64,000 nt of DNA, from positions 62,001 through 126,000 of the forward strand of contig VFJJ01000051.1 of NCBI GenBank assembly GCA_009886115.1, read 5' to 3'. The translations under genes and the position numbers were made by a program. The notes under the pieces were generated by a model, which was not told the DNA's origin, did no database searches, and worked only from the letters and a program-made list of their open reading frames with translations. This DNA is from Actinomycetota bacterium. GTDB lineage: Bacteria > Actinomycetota > Acidimicrobiia > IMCC26256 > VFJJ01. Position 1 is the first letter of the stretch. Each line of letters starts with the position of its first letter. Below are positions 1-9,276 of this stretch, one piece after another.

Positions 1-250
1 GAACGATCTGACGGATCGCCTGAGCGACACGCCCGCGCTTGCCGATGACGCGGCCCATGTCGCCCTGGGCGACGGTGAGGCGCAGCGTGATCTCGCCGTC
101 GCGCGAGTCGTCGACGACGACCTGCACGCCGTCGGGATCGTCGACGATGGCTCGGGTCAGGTACACGAGGGTGGCGTGGGCCGTGACGGCCGACAGCGGG
201 GAGCGGTCGTCGGTGTCGTCGGTGAGGTCGTCGGTCGCGTCGTCGCTCAC
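1..250 (-). CDS. khpA: KH-domain RNA-binding protein (KhpA/UPF0109), 3' end beyond window
   Basis: Manual minus-strand translation gives ...[30 protein letters not shown] (KH GxxG loop). GTG start at 250 overlaps the rpsP TGA; canonical rpsP-khpA order. Confidence 0.9.
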   Translation of the reverse strand, partial: MSDDATDDLTDDTDDRSPLSAVTAHATLVYLTRAIVDDPDGVQVVVDDSRDGEITLRLTVAQGDMGRVIGKRGRVAQAIRQIV

Positions 251-609
251 GTTGCTGCCTTGGCGGTCGTGACGGTCTTGGGCGCCGCCGTGGGCTTCAC
301 GGCCTTGACGGCCTTGACGGTCTTGATCGGCCTCGCCGGCTTGACCGGACGACTGTCCTGGTAGATGGCCCAGGCGCCGGAGATCTGGAGCAGCTTGACG
401 ACCCGGTCGGTCGGCTGGGCGCCCTTGCGCAGCCACTCGAGCGCCTTGTCGTTGTCGATCTCGACGGTCGAAGGCTCGGTGCGGGGGTTGTACTTCCCGA
501 TGATCTCGACGAAACGGCCGTCGCGTGGCGAGCGACCGTCGGCGATGACGACTCGGTACGTGGGCTGCTTGGTCTTGCCCATCCGCATCAGACGGATCTT
601 CACGGCCAC
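247..609 (-). CDS. rpsP: 30S ribosomal protein S16 with Lys/Ala/Pro-rich C-terminal tail
   Basis: [42 protein letters not shown]. Confidence 0.98.
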   Translation of the reverse strand: MAVKIRLMRMGKTKQPTYRVVIADGRSPRDGRFVEIIGKYNPRTEPSTVEIDNDKALEWLRKGAQPTDRVVKLLQISGAWAIYQDSRPVKPARPIKTVKAVKAVKPTAAPKTVTTAKAAT

Positions 610-704
610 GGCTGGTGTTTCCCTTCTGTGGTGCTGGTTCAGTTCGGTTGCGAGCTCACGATCGATGCTGGTTCAGATCGATCCGTACAGGCTCCGGAGC
701 CTAC

Positions 705-2102
705 TCACCGGCGGGGCGAGCCGGGGAACCCGCCTCCGGGGAAGCCGCCCCCTCCTCCCCCGCCAGCGCCGAGTCCAGGGAGTCCCGGGAGCCCGGGCAT
801 GCCCCGCCGCTTGCCGCCCGCCATGGCCCCCATCGATTTCATCATCTTCTGCATCTGCTGGAATTCCTTCAGCAGCTTGTTGACATCCTGGGTCTGGGTG
901 CCACTGCCCTTGGCGATACGCAGCCGCCGGGATCCGTTGATCAGCTGGGGACTCCGGCGCTCGGCCGGCGTCATCGATCGGATGATCGCCTCGACCTTCT
1001 TGAGCTCGCCGTCGTTGATCTCGGCGTTGCGGGCCTCCTTGGGCAGACCCGGGATCATCTTGATGATCGACGACAGCGAGCCCATCTTCTTGACGGCTTG
1101 GAGCTGCTCCATGAAGTCCTCGAGCGTGAACTGGCCCTTGCGCAGCCGCTCCTCGGCCTTGGCCGCCTGCTCGACGTCGAAGACCTGCTCGGCCTTCTCG
1201 ATCATCGTGAGCATGTCGCCCATCCCGAGGATCCGCTGTGCGAGGCGGTCAGGGTGGAACGGCTCGAACTCGTCGAGCTTCTCGCCGGTGCCGGCGAAGA
1301 GGATCGGCCGGCCGATGACCTCCTTGACCGACAAGGCAGCGCCGCCGCGGGCGTCGCCGTCGATCTTGGTGAGGATCACGCCGTCGATGGGCACCGCAGC
1401 GTGGAAGGCCTCGGCCACGTTCACGGCTTCCTGGCCGGTCATGGCGTCGATCACGAGCAGCACGTTGTGCGGCTGCACCGCGTCGCGTACGGCGACGAGC
1501 TCGTTCATCAGCTCGGTGTCGATCTGCAAGCGCCCCGCGGTGTCGACGATGACGATGGGCTTGCCCAGGCGAGCGGCTTCCTCCATGCCCTTGCGGGCCA
1601 CGGTCACCGGGTCGGACGGTTCGGAGAAGACGGGGACGCCCACACGCTCACCGAGCACCCGGAGCTGCTGGACGGCCGCGGGACGCTGGAGGTCGGCGCC
1701 GACGAGGAGACAGTCGTGGCCCTGGCTCTTGAGCCACTTGGCGAGCTTGCCCGCCTGGGTCGTCTTGCCCGACCCCTGGAGCCCCGCCAGCAGGATGACC
1801 GTGGGCGGCTTGGGGCTCATGGTGAGCTTGCCGGTGGTGCCCCCGAGGGTCTCGACGAGCTCGTCGTGGACGATCTTGATGATCTGCTGCGCCGGCGTGA
1901 GCGACGTGTGGACCTTGGCGTCGATCGCTCGCTGCTCGACCCGGGTGACGAAGCGCTTGACGACCTGGAAGTTGACGTCGGCCTCGAGGAGGGCCAAGCG
2001 GATCTCGCGGCTGACCTCCTTGAGATCCTTCTCGTTGATCTTCCCGCGCTTGCGCAGCTTGGTGAAGATGACATCGAACCGATCGGACAACGCGTCGAAC
2101 AC
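705..2102 (-). CDS. ffh: Signal recognition particle protein Ffh
   Basis: GLQGSGKTT, DTAGR, TKIDGDARGG and M domain FTLEDF...SRRLRIAKGSG. Confidence 0.98.
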   Translation of the reverse strand: MFDALSDRFDVIFTKLRKRGKINEKDLKEVSREIRLALLEADVNFQVVKRFVTRVEQRAIDAKVHTSLTPAQQIIKIVHDELVETLGGTTGKLTMSPKPPTVILLAGLQGSGKTTQAGKLAKWLKSQGHDCLLVGADLQRPAAVQQLRVLGERVGVPVFSEPSDPVTVARKGMEEAARLGKPIVIVDTAGRLQIDTELMNELVAVRDAVQPHNVLLVIDAMTGQEAVNVAEAFHAAVPIDGVILTKIDGDARGGAALSVKEVIGRPILFAGTGEKLDEFEPFHPDRLAQRILGMGDMLTMIEKAEQVFDVEQAAKAEERLRKGQFTLEDFMEQLQAVKKMGSLSSIIKMIPGLPKEARNAEINDGELKKVEAIIRSMTPAERRSPQLINGSRRLRIAKGSGTQTQDVNKLLKEFQQMQKMMKSMGAMAGGKRRGMPGLPGLPGLGAGGGGGGGFPGGGFPGSPRR

Positions 2103-2206
2103 TGAAGGCGCACCTCGAGGCCAGAGACGGCAGGAACAGCCGAGCCTACCCGTCCCCTCCGGGACCCTGGCGCCGACTCGGCGAGCTGGGCTCAGACCGC
2201 ACCGGC

Positions 2207-2277
2207 AGTTGACTTTCGCCGAGCGAAGCGAGGTCCCAACGTTTCCGGCGACGGCGCCGCAGGCGCCTTGGAGCCGG
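2207..2277 (+). repeat. 71-nt intergenic structured repeat, copy A
   Basis: 60/71 ungapped identity with the reverse complement of 7164-7234 (manual alignment); nested stems ccggc...gccgg and ggcgcc-gca-ggcgcc. Confidence 0.85.
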
Positions 2278-2279
2278 AG

Positions 2280-3485
2280 CTAAAACAGGGCCTCGACGAA
2301 GTCGACGGGATCGAACTCGATCAGATCGCCGGCCGTCTCGCCGACGCCGACCGCCTTGACGGGGATGCCGAGCTCCTGCTGGATGGCGAGCACGATGCCG
2401 CCCTTGGCCGTGCCGTCGAGCTTGGTCAACACGACGCCGGTCACCCCGACCGACTCGCAGAACTGACGGGCCTGCTGCAGACCGTTCTGACCGGTGGTGG
2501 CGTCGAGCACGAGCAGCACCTCACGCAGGTGGGCCTGTGACTTGTCGACGATGATGCGTCGCACCTTCTCGAGCTCGTTCATCAGGTTGACCTTGGTGTG
2601 CAAGCGTCCGGCGGTGTCGACGAGCACGAGGTCGGCGCCCTTCGAGCGGGCTGATGCGACGGCGTCGAACACGATCGAGCCCGGGTCGGCACCCTCTTGG
2701 CCCCGGATCACGTCGACCCCCGTGCGCTGGGCCCACAGACCGAGCTGCTCGGCTGCCGCGGCCCGGAAGGTGTCGGCCGCGGCCAGGACGATCCGCCGGC
2801 CCGCGGCCTTCTCGCGCATGGCCAGCTTGCCGATCGTGGTGGTCTTGCCCACGCCGTTGACCCCGACGAACAGCCACACGTTGAGCTCGCCGGCGACGTA
2901 CCCGAACGCCCGATCGGCGCTGCCGAGCATGTCGACGATCTCGCTCTTGACCAGGTCGACGAGCTCCTCGGGCGTCCGGGGCTTGACCTCCTTGGCCCGG
3001 GCCCGCACCCGGTCGAGCAGCGCCTGGGCGGTCGCGACGCCGACGTCGGCGCTGATGAGCGCCTCCTCGATGCCGTCCCAGACGTCGTCGTCGATCCGGT
3101 CGCGAAGGCGGATCTCGCCCAGGGTGGCAGCCAGCGCGGCTCGGGCCTTGCCCAGCCGATCTCGGAGCCGGGGGCGGCGTAGCAGGTCGAGCTCGGCGTC
3201 GAGGATCTCGGCTTCGGTGACCGCTTCGGCTTCGGGGCGCCGTGCGTCGGGCTCAGGCTCGACGTCGGGCTGCTCCACGGCGAGGGCATCGGACGCCGTC
3301 GGGTCGACGGCCACTCGGGGCGGCGGGCCGACCGGTGCGGACGAGGTCGTGGCCGCCGGCCCGGCCGGTGCCGGCGGGGGTTCGGCGATGTCGTCGAGCC
3401 CCGATCGCGAACGCAGGAGCGTCGCTACGCCGATGACGCCGGCGACGACGATGACAGCGACGACGAGCAGGATCAAGAGGACCAT
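2280..3485 (-). CDS. ftsY: SRP receptor FtsY with N-terminal transmembrane anchor
   Basis: GVNGVGKTTTIGKLA, DTFRAAA, DTAGRLH, TKLDGTAKGG; ATG at 3485 begins hydrophobic MVLLILLVVAVIVV. Confidence 0.96.
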   Translation of the reverse strand: MVLLILLVVAVIVVAGVIGVATLLRSRSGLDDIAEPPPAPAGPAATTSSAPVGPPPRVAVDPTASDALAVEQPDVEPEPDARRPEAEAVTEAEILDAELDLLRRPRLRDRLGKARAALAATLGEIRLRDRIDDDVWDGIEEALISADVGVATAQALLDRVRARAKEVKPRTPEELVDLVKSEIVDMLGSADRAFGYVAGELNVWLFVGVNGVGKTTTIGKLAMREKAAGRRIVLAAADTFRAAAAEQLGLWAQRTGVDVIRGQEGADPGSIVFDAVASARSKGADLVLVDTAGRLHTKVNLMNELEKVRRIIVDKSQAHLREVLLVLDATTGQNGLQQARQFCESVGVTGVVLTKLDGTAKGGIVLAIQQELGIPVKAVGVGETAGDLIEFDPVDFVEALF

Positions 3486-3596
3486 TGGGGGATGAGGGTA
3501 CCCCACCCCGCAGCGCCATCCCGGCCCCGGCCGCGGCGCCAGGGCCCTCCCCGGACCGGTGGCCCAGGAGAGCGACAGCGGGGCACCCCGGCTGGA

Positions 3597-6500
3597 TCAG
3601 ACCGAGTGCTCGACGGCTTGGCTCACGAGCTTGGTCGAGCCGCCCGGTGCCATCGACACGCCGTGGAGGAAGTCGGCCGCCTCCATCGTCCGCTTCTGGT
3701 GGCTGACGATGAGCAGCTGAGCATCGCGCCGGAACACGTTGACCAGGTCGACGAAACGGCCCAGGTTCACGTCGTCGAGCGCCGCGTCGACCTCGTCGAG
3801 CAGGTAGAACGGCGACGGCCGGGCCCGGTACACCGCGAACAGGTACCCGAGCGCGGTGAGCGAGCGCTCACCACCCGAGAGCAGCGACAGGCGGCGGACG
3901 TTCTTTCCCGAGGGACGAGCCTCGATCTCGATGCCCGTGTTGAGGAGATCGTCGGGATCGGTCAGCGAGAGGCGTCCGGCCCCGCCGGGGAACAGGGTGA
4001 CGAACAGCTCCTCGAAGTGCCGGGCGACGTCGGTGAACGCACTGGCGAAGAGCTGGGCGATCTCACGATCGACAGCCTGGATCACCTTGGTGAGCTCGCG
4101 ACGCGATTCCCGAACGTCCTCGAGCTGCTGGTCGAGGAACTCCGATCGCTCCTTGATGCTGGTGAACTCCTCGAGCGCCAGCGGGTTGACCGGCCCGATG
4201 CGTCGCAGCTGCCGATCGAGCTCACGCTCGCGCTCGACGAGGTCGACACCCTCGGCGACCTCAGGGCGGGGGGCAGCGACCATCTCGTCGGGCGCCAGTC
4301 CGAACTCGCGCCGCGCCGTCTCGACGAGCGCCTCGAGCCGCATGCGGGTCTCGATGGCCTCGACCTCGCGGAGGCGCCGCCGCTCGGAGATCGCAGCCAG
4401 GGCCTGCTCGACGCCAGCCCGCTCATGGCGTACGTGCTCGACGGCGGCGGTGAGCGTTCGAACGGCATCGATGTGCTGCCGACGGCGGCTGTGGACCTGC
4501 TCGTGCACGCTGGCCACGGCCGCATGGGCTGCCGCGAGCTTGGCTGCGATCCGGTCGTACCGCTCGAGACCGTCGGTGAGGGCCTGGCGGCGCTGCTGGG
4601 ACTGCAGCGATTGCTCGCCGAGTCGATCGAGACGCTCACCGACCTCGGCCAAGCGGCGCTTGAGCAGCGCACGCCGTTCCTCGACGCCGGCTGCCCGGAC
4701 CTCGAGGTCGTGCCGGAGCGCCGCCGCGGCCTGGACCTGCTGGTCGAGCTCGCGCCGAGCGAGCCGGAACTCGTTGCGTCGTCGGTCGCGATCGGTCTCG
4801 ACCAGCTCGGCCTGCGGGATCGCGGCGAGCAGCTCGGCGACCCGGGCCTCGTCGGGCCCGAGACGCTCCTCGAGCTCGCGCAGTTGCCCGGTGAACGCGG
4901 CCTCCTGCGCGGTGATCGAGGCTCGCTGCTCCTCCAGGCGTTCGAGGGCGTGGAGCGCCTGCTGGAGCTTCTCGTCGTTGAGGTCGAGCGCGTCGCCCCG
5001 AGCCACGTCGTCGGCGCGGGCGGCCCGCATCGCCTGACGGGCGGTCTCGACGTGGTGCCGGGCCCGGGTGAGCGCTTCGACGGCCCGCGCCAGCTCGGCA
5101 TCGGCCTCGTCGAGCGCAGCTCGGGTGACGGCGGTCCCTCCCCCGCCGCCCGCCCGCCACGGGGCGCCACTGCGGAACCAGTCGCCCGCCGCGGTCACGA
5201 CGCTCAGCTCGGGTCGGGACATCGCCAGGTCGATCGGGTCGGGCGCTCCCGGCCCGTCGCCGACGACCACCACGTCGCGCAGGAGCCGGTCGAGGAGCGC
5301 GTCGAGGCCGAGCACCCGGCCTCGCACGAGCGCCGTCAACGGACGGACGCCTTCGGGAACGAGCGGGAGGGGCTGGGCATCGCCGGTCGCCGCCCGGTCG
5401 AGCACGAGGAGGAGTGCCTGGCCCCCGTCGGCGTGGACCTGCCGGACTGCGGCCCGGGCGGTGGCGACGCCCGAGACGACCACGGCCCTGAGCGCTTCGC
5501 CGAGCCCGGCGGCGATGGCGGCCTCCTGGCCCGGGTCGACCTCGATGAGATCGACGAGGGGCCCGACGACGCCATCGAGCTGGGCGAGCCGCTCGGCGCC
5601 CGCGGCGGCCCGGGCTTCGTCGAGTGCCAGCGAGAGCGCATCGAAACGGGCCCGCCAACGCTGCTCGGCCGCCTGGGCCGATCGCAGGGACTCCTCGGCG
5701 GATTCGGCTGTCGCCTCGGCCTCGATCCGGGCGATCTCGGCGCGCTCGGACGCGGTGACGAGCGCCGGCTCGGCAGCGTGCGCGGCGCTGGCCTCGGCCC
5801 GCCGACGACCGGCCTCGATGTCGAGCTCGGAGGCCCGTCGGCGCTGCTGCGCGAGCCGCTCCTCGATGCGGGTCCGCTCGTGACGGGCCCGCTCCGACGA
5901 GGCCCGTCTGGTCGCCAGCTCGGCCCGCAGCGCCGCCGACGATACCGACGATACCGACGGCGCCCCAGGCGCACGATCGGTGATGGCCGCCGACGAGTGC
6001 CCGCCGTCGGACGGGTCGTTGCCGGGTTCCTCGGGTAGTGAACGTTCGAGATGGACCACACGCCGGTCGGCCGCCGCGACATCGTCGGCCATGGGGCCCA
6101 GCTTCTGAGCCTCCTCGCTGACGGCTTCGAGCTGGGCCCTGATCCGGCCGGCCTCGTCGGTGAGCGATGCGGCCACCGACTCGTCGGCCGCCGCAGCGAG
6201 CGCCCGCTCGACGCCTCGACGCTTCTCGGTCGCCAATGCTTGGAGGCCGCGCAGGCGCTCCCGTAAGGAATCGACCCGGGCGACCATCTCGGCGTGGTCG
6301 TCGTCGCGCCGGGCGCCGAGCTCGGTTTCCCGCTCGAGCAGGACCCGATCGTGGGTCGCCAGCTCGCTGCGCAGCTCGGCGTCACGAGCGCCGAGGGTCG
6401 CGTCGGTCACGGCGACCTCGGCCAGGGTCGCCTGGCGAGCCTGGAACTCCAGCCCGATGAGATAACGCCGGACGGTGGCGAGGTCGGCGACGAGGCCGTC

Positions 6501-7145
6501 GTGGATCCGGGCCGCTTCGGCCTGACGTTCGAGCGGGCGGAGCTGGCGACGCACCTCGCGCAACAGATCGGTGAGTCGGATCAGGTTGGCCTCGGTCGAT
6601 TCGAGCCGACGCTCCGCCCGTTCCTTGCGGCGGCGGTACTTGAGGATGCCGGCCGCCTCTTCGACCACCGAGCGGCGGTCCTCGGGCCGGGAGTTGAGGA
6701 TCGTGTCGAGCTGACCCTGCCCCACGATGACGTGCTGCGTGCGCCCGACCCCGGAATCGGAGAGGATCTCCTGGATGTCGGCGAGCCGGACCGACGTGCC
6801 GTTGAGCTGGTAGTCGGACTCGCCCGAGCGGAAGAGCGTCCTGGTGATGCGGACCTCGGAGAAGTCGACCGGCAGCAACCCCGACGAGTTGTCGATCACC
6901 AGATCGACCTCGGCTCGACCGAGCGGGGCTCGACTGGGGGTTCCGGCGAAGATGACGTCGTCCATCTTCCCGCCGCGCAAGGCTCGGGCTCCCTGGGCGC
7001 CGAGCACCCAGGCGACCGCGTCGACGAGGTTCGACTTCCCCGAGCCGTTGGGCCCGACGACGACGTTGACGCCGTGCTCGAATCCGAGCACGGTCTTGTC
7101 GGCGAAGGACTTGAAACCCTTCAAGGTCAACTGCTTGAGGTACAC
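3597..7145 (-). CDS. smc: Chromosome segregation protein SMC
   Basis: GTG after AGGAGG; YLKQLTLKGFKSF, GPNGSGKSN, coiled coils and hinge, LSGGE, LLDEVDAALD. Confidence 0.97.
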   Translation of the reverse strand: MYLKQLTLKGFKSFADKTVLGFEHGVNVVVGPNGSGKSNLVDAVAWVLGAQGARALRGGKMDDVIFAGTPSRAPLGRAEVDLVIDNSSGLLPVDFSEVRITRTLFRSGESDYQLNGTSVRLADIQEILSDSGVGRTQHVIVGQGQLDTILNSRPEDRRSVVEEAAGILKYRRRKERAERRLESTEANLIRLTDLLREVRRQLRPLERQAEAARIHDGLVADLATVRRYLIGLEFQARQATLAEVAVTDATLGARDAELRSELATHDRVLLERETELGARRDDDHAEMVARVDSLRERLRGLQALATEKRRGVERALAAAADESVAASLTDEAGRIRAQLEAVSEEAQKLGPMADDVAAADRRVVHLERSLPEEPGNDPSDGGHSSAAITDRAPGAPSVSSVSSAALRAELATRRASSERARHERTRIEERLAQQRRRASELDIEAGRRRAEASAAHAAEPALVTASERAEIARIEAEATAESAEESLRSAQAAEQRWRARFDALSLALDEARAAAGAERLAQLDGVVGPLVDLIEVDPGQEAAIAAGLGEALRAVVVSGVATARAAVRQVHADGGQALLLVLDRAATGDAQPLPLVPEGVRPLTALVRGRVLGLDALLDRLLRDVVVVGDGPGAPDPIDLAMSRPELSVVTAAGDWFRSGAPWRAGGGGGTAVTRAALDEADAELARAVEALTRARHHVETARQAMRAARADDVARGDALDLNDEKLQQALHALERLEEQRASITAQEAAFTGQLRELEERLGPDEARVAELLAAIPQAELVETDRDRRRNEFRLARRELDQQVQAAAALRHDLEVRAAGVEERRALLKRRLAEVGERLDRLGEQSLQSQQRRQALTDGLERYDRIAAKLAAAHAAVASVHEQVHSRRRQHIDAVRTLTAAVEHVRHERAGVEQALAAISERRRLREVEAIETRMRLEALVETARREFGLAPDEMVAAPRPEVAEGVDLVERERELDRQLRRIGPVNPLALEEFTSIKERSEFLDQQLEDVRESRRELTKVIQAVDREIAQLFASAFTDVARHFEELFVTLFPGGAGRLSLTDPDDLLNTGIEIEARPSGKNVRRLSLLSGGERSLTALGYLFAVYRARPSPFYLLDEVDAALDDVNLGRFVDLVNVFRRDAQLLIVSHQKRTMEAADFLHGVSMAPGGSTKLVSQAVEHSV

Positions 7146-7163
7146 CCGCCTCCTGCTCTTGTG

Positions 7164-7234
7164 CCGGCTCCAGGGCGCCTCCGACGCCGTCGCCGGCAAC
7201 GTCGGGACCTCGCTGCGCGAGGCGTTCGTCAACT
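7164..7234 (-). repeat. 71-nt intergenic structured repeat, copy B (just upstream of smc RBS)
   Basis: Reverse complement is 60/71 identical to 2207-2277. Confidence 0.85.
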
Positions 7235-7311
7235 CCCGGATCCTCGCATATCGGCTCGACCCATGCGCATCTGGCACGAGCGACGGCCCGCACCACCGGC
7301 TCGAACGGCGC

Positions 7312-8145
7312 TCACACCTGGCAGCGTCGGCAGAAGTACGTGGAGCGTCCGCCGACCTTGGCCCGTTCGATGGGTCGGCCGCAGCGGTGGCACGACTGGC
7401 CCGCCCGGGCGTGGACCCGGTGCAGGTGCTGGAAGGCCCCGGGCCGCCCATCGACGTCGACGTACTGCTCGTCGGCCAGCGAGGAGCCCCGGTGCTCGAT
7501 GGCCTCTTCGAGCACCGTGACCAAGGCTTCGTGGAGGCGCCCGGCGGCCACGGCCGAGATGTCGCTCCCCGGCCGGTCCCACCGCAACCGGGCCCGATGG
7601 AGGATCTCGTCGCTGTAGATGTTGCCAACGCCGGCCACGATCCGCTGGTCCATGATGAGCATCTTCAGGCCGAGCCGCCGACGTCGGACGGCCGTCGCGA
7701 ACGCTCGGCGATCGACTGCGAGGGCGTCGGGGCCGAGGCTGCCCAGACCCCCGATGGACGACCGGGGGGTGCCCGGAGCCACGGCGAACACCTCGCCGAA
7801 GGTCCGGGGGTCGACGAACCGGAGTTGGCGCCCGTCGTGCAGGTCGAGCACCACGTGGGTGTGCGCACGACGGGCGGCATCAGCCGAGGCTGCGATCAGG
7901 AGCTGCCCCGACATCCGGAGGTGCACCACGACGGTGGTCTCGTCGTCGAGCCCGAGCAGGAGGTACTTGCCGAGCCGATCGGCGCGCACGATGACGCGGC
8001 CCGTCACGGCGACACCGAGCTCGGAGGGGTCGACGTGGCGGCGCACCGACCGGCGCCCCGTGGCCTCGACCGCGGTGATCGCCTGGCCGAGCACGCTGGA
8101 CGCGAGCCCCCGGCGCACCGTCTCGACCTCGGGCAGCTCAGGCAT
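7312..8145 (-). CDS. mutM: Formamidopyrimidine-DNA glycosylase (Fpg)
   Basis: MPELPEVE, HLRMSG, GVGNIY..E, C-terminal zinc finger CHRC...CRRCQ. Confidence 0.97.
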   Translation of the reverse strand: MPELPEVETVRRGLASSVLGQAITAVEATGRRSVRRHVDPSELGVAVTGRVIVRADRLGKYLLLGLDDETTVVVHLRMSGQLLIAASADAARRAHTHVVLDLHDGRQLRFVDPRTFGEVFAVAPGTPRSSIGGLGSLGPDALAVDRRAFATAVRRRRLGLKMLIMDQRIVAGVGNIYSDEILHRARLRWDRPGSDISAVAAGRLHEALVTVLEEAIEHRGSSLADEQYVDVDGRPGAFQHLHRVHARAGQSCHRCGRPIERAKVGGRSTYFCRRCQV

Positions 8146-8905
8146 CCGGGGCCGATCCCCGGTGGTCCCATGCTGCCTCGTCGCCATCCCCCCCACCCGG
8201 CCCCGACCCGCCGGGTCCCGAGCCACCGGCCAGGCTCGCGCACGCCAGCCGGGCCGCCTCCTGCTCGGCCTCCTTCTTGGAGCGACCCTGACCCCGCCCT
8301 CGGACGACACCCCCGATCGTCACGGTCGCCTGGAAGTGCTTGGCATGGTCGGGTCCCTCGGCGACGACCTCGTAGTGGGGCGCGCCGTCGAGACGACGAG
8401 CGGCGAGCTCCTGCAACCTCGTCTTGAAGTCGTCGCGGCCCGGGACGGTCGACGCCCGATCGATGCGATCGCCGAGCAAGCGCAGCACCAGGGCCGACAC
8501 CGGTTCCATCCCCCCGTCGAGGTAGACGGCCCCGATGACCGCCTCGAGCGCGTCGGCGAGGATCGAGGGCTTGGCTCGGCCGCCGGTCTGTTCCTCGCCG
8601 CGACCGACGCGCAGGGCGTCGCCGAGATCGAGCTCGTTGGCGACGTCGGCGAGCGTCACCGCGTTGACGACCCCCGCTCGGATCTTGGCCAGCTGGCCCT
8701 CGGTGAACGTGGGGAACCGCCGATAGGCGTGATCGGTCACCACCAGCCCCAGCACGGCGTCGCCGAGGAACTCCAGACGCTCGTTGGGGGGATCGGCCGC
8801 ATGCTCGGAGCTCCACGACCGGTGGATGGTCGCCTGGGCGAGCAGCGCCCGGTCACCGAACTGGTACCCGAGACGCTCCTCGAGCGCGCCGAGACGATCG
8901 GTCAT
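8138..8905 (-). CDS. rnc: Ribonuclease III
   Basis: NERLEFLGDAVLGL signature plus dsRBD (GRSKKEAEQEAA). Confidence 0.98.
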   Translation of the reverse strand: MTDRLGALEERLGYQFGDRALLAQATIHRSWSSEHAADPPNERLEFLGDAVLGLVVTDHAYRRFPTFTEGQLAKIRAGVVNAVTLADVANELDLGDALRVGRGEEQTGGRAKPSILADALEAVIGAVYLDGGMEPVSALVLRLLGDRIDRASTVPGRDDFKTRLQELAARRLDGAPHYEVVAEGPDHAKHFQATVTIGGVVRGRGQGRSKKEAEQEAARLACASLAGGSGPGGSGPGGGDGDEAAWDHRGSAPDA

Positions 8906-9273
8906 GATCCGGCGAGCGGCGCGCCGGTGGCGGAACCGGAACTGCCACCGGGCTCGGGCCGATCGACGCTGGTGCCGACGCCGGCGCCAACGCGATGGAT
9001 CACGTAGTCGATGACGTCTCCGACGGTCTCGAGCTCGCCCAGATCCTCGTCGTCGATCGAGAAACCGACCGTCCGCTCACCGAGCTCCTGCTCGATCATC
9101 TCGGCCAGGTCCAGCAGCGCCATGTCGTCGGCGCCGAGGTCGCCCACCAGGGTGGCGCCGAGGTCGATCTCGTCGGTGTCGAGCCCGAGGATCTCGGCCA
9201 GGCGCTCGCGCACGAGGCGCCCGACCTCGTCGGGCTCGATCGGGCCCCGGTTCACGTGCGTCTCGGCGGGCAC
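8902..9273 (-). CDS. Acyl carrier protein-like protein with the carrier Ser replaced by Asp
   Basis: ACP-like helical pattern and plsX-acp-rnc position; motif reads DLGADDM instead of DLG(A)DSL. Confidence 0.8.
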   Translation of the reverse strand: MPAETHVNRGPIEPDEVGRLVRERLAEILGLDTDEIDLGATLVGDLGADDMALLDLAEMIEQELGERTVGFSIDDEDLGELETVGDVIDYVIHRVGAGVGTSVDRPEPGGSSGSATGAPLAGS

Positions 9274-9276
9274 GAC

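Noticed and set aside
2103..2206. Possible SRP (4.5S) RNA next to ffh
   Set aside because: No convincing helix-8 motif (CAGG...GNRA...AGCA) within a long hairpin.
7146..7628. 161-aa N-terminal extension of SMC in the ORF track
   Set aside because: Overlaps mutM; a strong AGGAGG-GTG start at 7145 gives the canonical SMC N-terminus.
615..8427. Long plus-strand ORFs (496, 551, 848, 527 aa and others) opposite ffh/ftsY/smc/mutM
   Set aside because: Antisense shadows typical of high-GC coding DNA; no motifs, and they fully overlap well-supported genes.
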